From assembly GCF_009834535.1 (NCBI RefSeq), contig NC_045696.1, positions 12,526,001 through 12,590,000 on the forward strand: DNA of 64,000 nt, read 5' to 3'. The stretch's first letter is position 1. Each line of letters begins with the position of its first letter. The notes beneath the pieces are model-generated. The model was not told where the DNA came from. It saw nothing but the letters and a program-made list of their open reading frames with translations, and ran no database searches. Position numbers and translations under genes: made by a program. The stretch is from Camelus ferus (taxonomy: Eukaryota). This document shows, in pieces, positions 54,561 through 64,000 of the stretch.

Positions 54561-55259
54561 TTTAAAGATTAAGATTTGGGGCAAGAAGTGCAAACACCAA
54601 TATTGTTAAGCACTTGGTAACCTTGAGCTTGATCTTCAGAGTATGACCCTCTCAGAGGTAATCTCGCTGTTATAACATGGTCTCTGCTCACAGCACAAAG
54701 AGGGTGGTATTTTCAGAAGCAAGTTGAGTAGAACGAGAGATGGCTAAGAAGACATGGTTCTTGGCCAGTTTAATTGATCAGTCGACCAAGAAATTAGAGT
54801 AAAATCAGGGCGAGATTGTGCATCTTTTACAAGAACGTCAGAGGTGTGTTTATGCTTTGTAACGATGTCATTCTCTTCCAAAATTTGGCATAATCTCTAA
54901 CAAAATAGAAAACTGCATGTTTACAGCCCAAAACAACTAGTTGAGAAATAAAAATAATCAGCTAGTAAGTCAGTTATTTTATCACGGCTATGTTTAACTA
55001 ACTTGGTTGAATGGGCCATTGTTTTGCCAAAAACGGATAATCTATGCTCACTTTGAAGGTAGAAAGGACTAATGGCCAAGTAAATATTTCTGAAACAGAC
55101 AATGTATGAACTTACAGTATTCATCGCCCTGTGAAGAAATACATTAATGTAGAGAGGATTCAAGTATATATCTAGGTCAAATTAGGAAAAGAAAAGCACA
55201 TGGAAATCTGATTATAGAAGGAGCTTTGGGAGAATGAAAGGAAAATCTTCTAAGTCAAT

Positions 55260-55378
55260 ATGAAATTGAGTTCCCGTAATATTTTTAATCTCTAGCTGTG
55301 AGGGTCTCACTTTGTGTACCACCGTTGTGTAGAACATCACAGTGTAGTGTGTGATGATGTAATAAGTTGATTTAATAA
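55260..55378 (-). pseudogene. Possible Cys-rich exon relic
   Basis: tttacacag acceptor. NQLITSSHT(fs)HCDV (cf. HQLGSTVKEDNCGV). Confidence 0.35.
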
Positions 55379-57339
55379 CTGTGTAAATAACCATTGATGT
55401 CTCCTAGGCCAAACCCGTCGGGCAGATTAGAAAACAAAGTCTCAGAGAAGCAATGTTCCGTGTTCATACAGCTCACGAGTATCAGGACCAAGAACAGTCC
55501 TTCTTACAAAAAAAATGAAAGACTTTTTGGCCACTGAAGTACAGCCAGCCCTTCTGTTAGCTCCACCAGCTTTCAGCCAGCTCTTCCAAACTCACCATGT
55601 TTGGAGACTTCAAAGTGTTAAGACACATGATTCACAGTCATGACATAGGGAAATCCTGAGACATTCTTCACCTAATACTTCTAAGGGCTGCTGGCTTCCT
55701 AGTAGATCTATGAATTCTTAAATGATATTGAAGAGAACCAGCTCACATTTTGGATGATGCTTGTAAACACATCAACTGTTCAAAAGGACCTCGTTGACCT
55801 TAGAGTGATTGAGAGAGGAAGGTTATTACAAGTATCGTGTGCGAATTAAAAACTCCACCAAGGATTACTCTAGAAGGGGTAGGCTAAAAGTATTTTTTCC
55901 TTTTCCTTTTCTTTTTGAAATCATGAGCCTAAAACCAGCCATCTGTTAAGAGCAGAGAGATGTTACAATGAAGATGTAAAGAGAAATTTTAAAAAACCAA
56001 TATTTAACACCTATCTTCTGTTCAGAACCACCATGAGCAAAAACTTTTGAAAAAAAAAACTTTCAGTTCAGACAGGATATAGGAAAATGATCAATAGAAC
56101 AGAACATAAAACTCTCTAAGTCTGACAATAGTTGGATTAGTCTGATACCTTGTGTGTGAAAAGAACTGATTCCCACTCCATTTTCTTTGAATCTCTAAGA
56201 TTAAGTTGCTGCATTGAAGTCCTGAAACCAATTTCTAATCTATGTTTTCTCCATTCCTGTTTGTGAGTAAATAGGCTAGGTGGCCCCAAAGCAAAAAAGT
56301 CTGTTCTTTCGGAGTCGAAATAAATAGAATTCGAAGTGCCCAAAAGTAGTGTCACCAGTCTGGTTACCTGGGTCATCCTGACAACCAGGGATGAACCCCC
56401 ATCCCCAAGGCAGTTAAAAGGCCCAAATAAGTGGCTGCCTTTTTCAGTAAATTACCCCTCCCCAGGCTGTGAGTTGTCTCTGATGTCACAAAATCCTTAG
56501 ATGTTTTTAACTTAGATGTGTGAGACTGGTTTCCATTCCTAACTCAGACACAGAAATGCCCTGTAATAACCATGAAAGTTGTGGCTGGAAAGTTATTATT
56601 CTTGCAATATAGATACAGGTTTTCTTCTTCTAGCGTAAAAAAAGGAAGAGTTTCAGTTAGACACATGTGCTTCCATGATTCTGCGTGTATCCACTCCATC
56701 TAAAGACAGAACCTCCCTGGTTGTGACGTGGAGTCCACGCACCTGGGGGCAGAAGTCCAGGAGTAGCCATCAGGACAACAGGATTCCACTCAGCTCGGTC
56801 CTTCACCGGCCCTCAGGCCGCAGGCAAGTCACCACACCACATGTCTCCCCCTGATGGGGAAAAGGAGAGAAAAGAATGTGATAAGGCCAGTTCTGAGTTA
56901 TTTGAAAGACACTGACTGTGAGATGAACTTAAAAAATGGAAAACACTAGGAGTGTAAGGAGCTGCTGTTGTCACAGTGCGAAGTTTGCAGCCGGGACTGT
57001 CCCTCTGTCACCGTGTAGGGAGCCATGCAGAGGCCAGGAGGTTTGGAGCAGGCGTTACCAGATGTCCCTGGAAGTGACCCCCATCCTTCCTCCTCTGTGG
57101 TCAGCCTCTGAGTGAGCACCACCACAGCCTCCTTGCCACAGAATGACTTCAGGACTTAACAGTAATGATTCTTCAAGATTAAAAGGCAAAAGGTGACAGG
57201 AGACGGCTCAGATGTTTCCAAAATTCCTGGTGCCCTCAATCATAAAAGTGTGTGCTTTCCTACATAAGGCCAAAATTGATGGTCCAGCCTCTCCCAGGGT
57301 CTGCCCCATCCCATGGGGCCCTAATGGGAATAGAAGGGT

Positions 57340-57580
57340 TAACATTCTCAGCACCACTGGAGAAAGGGTACACTGGGTGTCATCCTGGACCTTGGTGGGA
57401 AAACAGTGTCCAGAAACCATAAATTCCACATGAGCCTTTAAAGCAGGCAATTTGAATTCTCAGCAGTATTTCCTCTCTGGAGGTAACTACTCACAATTCT
57501 CAGAGTTAACTGTGTAATGTGAAAAGGAATACTTATCATGAAACAGCACTATTTTGGAAATAGAATTTATTTTCCTCAGT
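57340..57580 (-). pseudogene. Cys-rich domain exon relic
   Basis: In one frame: CE*LP...ALKAHVEFMVSGHCFPTKVQDDTQC (cf. YEWLP...SLKCQAKGTTLVVELAPKVLDGTRC, same 14-residue LK-to-KV spacing). Confidence 0.65.
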
Positions 57581-58579
57581 CTTATAAAAATCCTTTCCTC
57601 ACCAACTAGTCTTTTTGCCTCATCAGAGATTCAGTCTGCATATGCACACGCGCACACACACACACACTGTCCTGCTCTCTCTCTTTTGGGATCCTTCTGC
57701 ATCTAAAAAAGGCAGTGGAATTACAGAAGTTGCTAAATATATTCTGATGTTTTCATGGAGCACAAAAGTAAAATAGCACTCTCTTTTAAGGTAAAAGATA
57801 GTATTTTTTTTTTTTTCAGAAAGAGAGTAGGCCTCTTGGATTTTGATCTGGAATTTTCTAAGATTATCCAGGATGTGTTTGGAGTGGAGCCCTGTTCACT
57901 TTCATTTCTATGAATCCCACACCAGAGAAAGTTCTGAAACAGCTCACATCCCATGTGCAGCTTCCGTTGGTGTTGGTGCCAGAGCAGCCCAAGGTCCCCC
58001 TCACACAGTGGGATGGGTAAAATTCATGCATCCAAAACTTCACAGGGCACCTGACCCTCGTATGCAAATGTTATTTCCCTGGGTGAAGAAATGAATGGAA
58101 ATTCATTTGGTGTCAGCAGCCTGTCGGTTCCTCCAGTAGCAAAGAATAAATGCATCTGAGGAAGTTCTGGTGAACCAATCAAAAGGGGGGCTTTGTTTCT
58201 GAACTTGGCTGAGCTCATCTCATGCCTTGTAAATGTCAGTGTGTGTACGTGTGAGCATCTGACAGTTCTCAGCCGCACATACCAAAGGCCAGGAATTTGG
58301 CAGAGCTGGGCTGATTAGAATGCCTAAAAATATTCCATTCTATCAAAGTCCATTCGGATGCCTTTTAGCGTGTGGGCAAAATACTAGAGCAGCAGGGTCT
58401 TTAGGAAGCATAAATTCTGAGACGCTTTCCAAAAATCCAAAATGACACAGCCTCATTGTGTAAGACGTAACCCTTCAACTTAAGTTCTTGTTTGTCTATT
58501 TTTATCCCAACAGATTTTTTTGTAAACCATATAAGGCAATGCTTTCTCATATATAAGCATGTATGAAATGTAATCTAAT

Positions 58580-58950
58580 TTAATTCAACAAGTAGTTGTC
58601 GAGAACCTATTATACACAAGGCACTTTGTTGGGCTCCATGGGGAATATAAGTTCAAACGGGTTACTGTCCTCACTCTGAATCTGCCCTGCAATGCAGCAA
58701 GAGTTGAGACCTTTCCTGAGAACGAGCTGTTCTTGGGTCAGGCAAACCATGATCCATGCTTTGGAAGAGGCATAAACCAAGAGCTAGGGATGAAGAGACA
58801 AGGAAGAGATTGACTTTGCTGGTGAGGACTGGCAAAGGCTTCCTGAGGACGGTGGCATTTTGATCTGGGCCTTTAAGAGTAGGGAGAGTTACCCAGGCAG
58901 AACTGGAAAAGTGCTTTTGGCAGAAGGAACAGCATGAGCGTGTGAAGTTA
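58580..58950 (-). mobile_element. L2 fragment
   Basis: aattcaacaagtagttgtcgagaacctattatacacaaggcact. Confidence 0.6.
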
Positions 58951-59357
58951 GAATGTGCACGGCATTCGAAAAATTGGTGTGAGATCTTCAAGTGTCTTCC
59001 TTATTGTAGATGATCAGGTTTTCCAGAATGAGAAGTCCGATGGCACCAGAATCAGTCTCTGCAATCAGGAAAATGTCCCACAGTGGAGCAATCTCCAAAC
59101 AAGAGGGAAAATGTCATTTCAGAAAAGTGGCCGAAACCACGAGAGTGATGATTTATGCTGGAGTTAAGCAAGGCTTAATCCTAATTTGAGGACATGTTAA
59201 AGGACTCTGGCTGTCACTTACATGTACACACAAACATGACGTATGTACATTTCACTCTAGGCATTTCACCTCACAGCCATTCTTTCTTTTTCAGCAACCC
59301 AAGCCCTTCTGGTCCTAGATTTTTAGTTTAGGTATCTTTCATCCATAAGAGATTTAC

Positions 59358-59484
59358 CAAAGCTGCAACTCATGGCTTCAGCCATATTTCCACCATAGAC
59401 TTCAGGGGAGTAAATCCAAGAGGTGTAGTATCTTGGGTGGTCAGAGATTTGAGAGATTTGCTCAGGAGTTACTTTTAGTCTTAC
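59358..59484 (-). pseudogene. TSR1 exon relic (exon-2 equivalent), still open
   Basis: tttttctttatcattttacag/gtaaat-bounded 127-bp stop-free exon. WIYSPEVYGG..C has the WSECSRTCGG..C spacing, with TCC and TAT one substitution from Cys codons. Confidence 0.5.
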
Positions 59485-60130
59485 CTGTAAAATGATAAAG
59501 AAAAATTACTCAGCACTTATGAAGAGAGGAGTGCCAGGTTTTGATAGTACCAGATAGATGTCACCATGAGGGATTATTACATAGTCAATCAACAAGCAGT
59601 TCTCAGTACCCAATGTCTATACACATATGAAATGATGAAAATTGTGGCTGGAGGATGGCTGGTAAGATTGAAATAAGAAGAATGCCCTTTCTAGAGCAAT
59701 GACTTTTCTTTATGAAGAAGTGGCATTGATGATATTTCTTTATGAAGAAAGAATTGGTCCATCTATTAAATGGTTTAGATGGTGAAAAGAGAAAGTGATA
59801 GAAAGAAAATAAAGGATATGTTCTAGCAAAAAGGGTACATTGAACCAAATATTAAAATAAGTGTGTAAGCCCAGTTCTCACATTTCTAAGGCCTGAATCA
59901 TAGCAACTGAAATCAAGTAATTTCTGATCATTGGCACAGTTTACCTGATTGTTTTCCATAACTCAAGAGGACACATGGCAAATTCAGGCATTTGATTCGC
60001 CACCAGTGCCTATTTATTATACGCCTAGTTATTCCGAGCCACGGATGGATTGTCCAATCACTCATTCCGTATGAGCTGTGCACCTGCCCATCGTGGGACC
60101 GCCTACAATCACCAAGCTGAGCTCAGGGAA

Positions 60131-60148
60131 TAGCACCACCTGCTGGTT
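60131..60148 (-). promoter_or_regulatory. CTCF-like motif
   Basis: Minus strand aaCCAGCAGGTGGTGCta versus consensus CCASYAGRKGGCRS. Confidence 0.5.
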
Positions 60149-60949
60149 AATGTGGTTTAACTTCCAACCTGTTCATCATTGTGCTTTACAGTGCAAGCAA
60201 ATCATGCATATACCATGTGGTCGGTTTTTCTTTTGAAATTTAAGGCAGGAGATTATAGTGGATGATTTTCCTCTCAGCAATATGAGAGGGTTGGACAAAT
60301 AAACTAAGTAAGATTCTAAGAAGATGGGAGGGTATGTGTAACTAAGACGAAAGATGAATGAACTAAGGCATTCAGACTGGTCAGTCATTTATTTCCTAAC
60401 ACTTCAGCAATCTAGTGAAGACTGAAGTTTGCATAGAAGTTCTAGAAAATAAAGAAAACAACAGGGACGAGGAAGGCAGGAGCTGTGATGAAGTAAGAGT
60501 TGTATTGCATTATCAGTTCAGGAGGGCAAGAAAGTCAGTCCTTAGCTTCAGGGTCTAAAAATTAGGAGAATCTGATCAGAGCAAAGAAGAAAAGAAGAAG
60601 AGAGTCTGGAAAAGACTGAAAGGAAGTTGGCAACAAGGGAAACTCATTCATCGTAGAGAACCAGAGGGGTTGGCAGCAGTTGAGGGAAAGGAAATTCGTG
60701 TGGCAGTGAGAGGCTCAGGGACTGGCACAAGAGACGATTGAGATGCCGGAGAAAACTGAGTTAGGAAGGAGCAGTGAGAAGAAAAAAAGTCTAAGAATAG
60801 AAATTCCTAACAGTAAGGCAGCAAGAACAAAACCAATATGCCCTTGTTAATATGTGTGTTGCATTGTGTTAAATTCTTTGAAACATTTCCTCTGAAACCC
60901 AAACCTCAGGCATGAAAATTACAAGTCAGACCTCTCCACCACAAGTCAC

Positions 60950-61170
60950 CTAAAAATAAGTTCCAGGTACTGGGGCTAGCTGGGAGGAGGCTGGAGCGGA
61001 GCAGCTAGTGGATCCAGACGTGCACTTTAGATCCAGCAACTCACGCCAAGTCGGAGAAGCACGCACTCCTGGTGGGGCCCCTCTCCTGGGTTGCCAAAGT
61101 TGGCTGCGCTCTCGCTCCAGGTAGTCAGCTGGGAAGTGCGGCGTCGCCAGTTTTCAAAGTGCAGCTGTCA
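60950..61170 (-). promoter_or_regulatory. CpG-enriched patch, candidate relic first exon/promoter
   Basis: Local excess of CpG and GC in an AT-rich window, ~1.5 kb upstream of the TSR1 exon relic. Possible donor AG|gtgact at 60950. Confidence 0.3.
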
Positions 61171-61669
61171 TCATCTATGAATAGGTGCCCTCTGATGTCC
61201 CTTTTAGCTCCAAAGCCCCAGAATCAGGACCAGATTCTGGGTATGCAACCTGAGCATTTGCACGGAGCCCTGTACTCAGATGGGTCCTGCACTTGGTTTC
61301 ATGCTCTGAGGCTGCCATCTTGAACTTTACAATAGGTTGGGTTCGGTTTCTTTTTTTGTTTGTCTGGTTTGGTTTGGTTCTTTTTTTTTTAGACAAGGGC
61401 TCAGCATTTTCATCTTGCATAAGGCCTCACAGAGTATGGAGCTGGTCACGCCTGAGATCTGTGTCCTTCACTTAGGCTGGACAAGGACTGATGTGTCACC
61501 ACTTCTGGGATCACCAGTGATAGCTTCTCTTCAAGACTTCTTTCCTTGGAGCACAAACTACCACACAAAATATAGGAGACCTCACGATGCAGTAATGGTC
61601 CAAGATGTCTTACAGCTCTTATGTGTACTGAGAAGGAGAAGGGGTCACTCCTAGGGCGGGAAGGAAGAT

Positions 61670-62116
61670 AGTGACGGTTCATTTTATGTGTTGTCTTCAC
61701 TGGGCTCCGTGGTGCACAGGTATTTGGGTAAGCGTTATTGCTGGGTGTGTCTATGAGGGTATTTCTGGGTGAGATTAGCAATTGAATCAAAAGACAGTAA
61801 TGCGGATGGCCCTCCCCAGTGTAGGTGGATGTTTCAGACCTCAACCAATCTGTTGGAGACCTGAATAGAATAAAAAGTCTAAGTTAAAAAGAATTCTTTC
61901 TCTCTGCCTGTCTCTGATCAGTCTTCTCCTGCCTTCAGACTAGAACTTGAACTTACACCATTGGTTCTCCTAGGTCTGGGCTTCTCAGCCTCTATGAACA
62001 TGTGATCCAATTCTTCATAATAAATTTATATATATATTTACATATATGCATGTATATACATATATATGCACACACATTTTATTGGTCTGTTCCTCTGGAG
62101 AACTCTGACTGATACA
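61670..62116 (+). mobile_element. MLT2 (ERVL) LTR
   Basis: gggtgtgtctatgagggtatttctgggtgagattagca...attggtctgttcctctggagaactctgactgataca. Confidence 0.85.
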
Positions 62117-62174
62117 ATGATGCAAAAGAAAACTGTTGTAGGCAGATGACTTTCTTTGAGTTCCCAGAAGCTTT

Positions 62175-62493
62175 TTTTTCTTTTTTTTGGATTCAAAGAA
62201 TTAATTTTTTTCTCCTTTTTCAGTTTTATTAGGTAGAATTATTACAGTCCAACTGCACATACACATTATATTGCATGTAAATACATATATATGGTATACT
62301 GCATATTTTTTAGTTTACATATGTGTACTAATTATTGTTTCTAAGAACAGGTTAGATCTTTAGCTTTTTAAACTTACATAGTTATCAAAGGAATAAAGCC
62401 AACTACAAAATAAGAATAAACAGAATGCAGTAATCCAACCATAAAGGACAGCCAAATGTGCTTACACATATTCAAGAAATCAAAATAATAATT
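62175..62493 (-). mobile_element. Poly(A)-tailed repeat 3' end, copy 2, with double tail
   Basis: TSD agaagcttt at 62166-62174 and 62494-62502; homologous to 31665-31859. Confidence 0.75.
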
Positions 62494-62579
62494 AGAAGCT
62501 TTAATTAGGCTTTATACCATATTTCTGGAGGCAATTATGAGAAATATCAACCCCATGATGTTCAAGGTTTTATAACTTT

Positions 62580-62810
62580 CCGGAGTCAGCAAACCTTTTC
62601 TATAAAGTACCAGAGTACATATTTTAGACTTTGCAACTCATAGGCTCTCTGCTGCAACAACTGAGGTTGCCATGGTAACACGTGATAAGACGTGAAAACA
62701 GGCACAGATAACACATAAACCAGTAGGTGTCTGTACACTGATAACACTTCAACCATGAAAACAGCCAGTGAGCAGGACTTGGCCCGGGGGTCAAAGTTTG
62801 CCACCCCTCC
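62580..62810. mobile_element. MER58-like
   Basis: gtcagcaaaccttttctataaag...ttggcccgggggtcaaagtttgccacccct. Confidence 0.75.
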
Positions 62811-64000
62811 TCTAGATGGAAGAGTCATCTCATTGGATTAAAGATTATGGTAAAAATCAGATGATCTGAACTTTGTGCTTTTGGGTACCAATGTCAAAGG
62901 ACGAGTCCTTTACTTCCTTGGTGACTCAATTTCCCCATCTGCTCTACAAAGCTTTTCTTCAATTTATTATCTGATATTTGGGAGGAGCCTAGACAGTCTT
63001 GAAGGAAAACCATACAGCTTGGCTTGGAGAGGCTTGCCAACTTCTCTCCATTCTGACCCTTTCAGTTGCCACATGTATATGATTTATAAAACTAAGTAAA
63101 GCTACGGGCCAGTGGGGGCTTGCAATAGGTTGAATAAGAGATGAGAAATCAAGAAGATAAAAAGGACCAAGAACTTGGAAGGAGAGATGGAGACCATAAA
63201 ATGGGGCGGCAAATTGGAAAGATGAAAACTGGAATGAGAAGAGTTTGAAGCCAAACCACGGAGAATTCAACCCAGTGAGATCACTAGACTGAGGTAGGAA
63301 AAGAAACATCATGATAGACTTCTAAATATGTTTCCAGTCTCTGCTCATTAGGAATAAAATCTCTACCATTGTGTATTCCTTACACTCCCAGATAATTTGA
63401 TACTCACTCTGGGTAAAATTGAATATCTTAGTTTGTCCTAAGAAAAGATGTTGCCCTCAGCTTGCTGACAGCCTTCAGGAACTCACGCAAGAACTCAGGA
63501 ATGCTGCTTCTCTCCTGGAGATGCTATCTCCAGTACATTATGTTTCACAAGCCTTTACTGTTATGGCCCTAGTTAGTCACATCAGTAGCTATTCCTGTCA
63601 CACTTTTTAGTCTTTGAACAAGAAGACAAAGAACATGCCCATGAATATTTTGCAAAGGTCTACAATATTTTCTGCTTGAGATATGAAGGTTATCCAAACC
63701 ACAGTCTATCTTAAAAATGAATAAGGCTAAGTTTTTCCTTTGTGTTCAGTCCACTATCAAAAGTAAGTCCTCTGTCAAATGTTCCACACTGCTAGGATTC
63801 AAAGGGTCCCCAAAATTCACTGAGTGAGGAAAGTAAGCTCTAGAGAAGGTATGTGCTTGTTCTAAGTTTCCAGAACTAACTGGAATTCACAGCATGGCAA
63901 AAATTCAGAAGAACTATTAAACCATGTGTACATGATTTCAGCTTGAGGGAAACAGGAAGTTCAGAGACAGGAAGCTCAGAGAGAAAAGCCACAGAGCAAC

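Noticed and set aside
57720..57770. Possible tiny exon-3 relic (ENIR..SN)
   Set aside because: Position is right, but it is too short and lacks an acceptor.

Overview
Mammalian genomic DNA, AT-rich and repeat-rich. The L1 3' ends look cetartiodactyl, possibly camelid (inference). No intact protein-coding gene is supported; the ORF track is mostly repeat-derived or chance ORFs. The main hidden structure is a heavily decayed, intron-containing gene on the minus strand spanning almost the whole window (~61 kb to ~1.3 kb). About 25 exon-sized relics, many still flanked by AG/GT splice signals, translate (with stops and frameshifts) into fragments collinear with the ADAMTSL1/ADAMTSL3 (punctin) architecture: TSR1, Cys-rich, spacer, TSR array, Ig domains, C-terminal TSRs, PLAC. 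This suggests an ancient unitary pseudogene of an extra punctin-like paralog. The window also holds a UBE2D3 processed pseudogene inside an L2, two small TSD-flanked retro-insertions of unknown source, many L1/L2/MIR/CR1/MaLR/ERV/hAT/Tigger relics (several nested), microsatellites, a CTCF-like site and an ETS-motif cluster. Protein comparisons were made by eye against ADAMTSL1/3 and UBE2D3 sequences recalled from memory. Repeat subfamily names and many boundaries are approximate.
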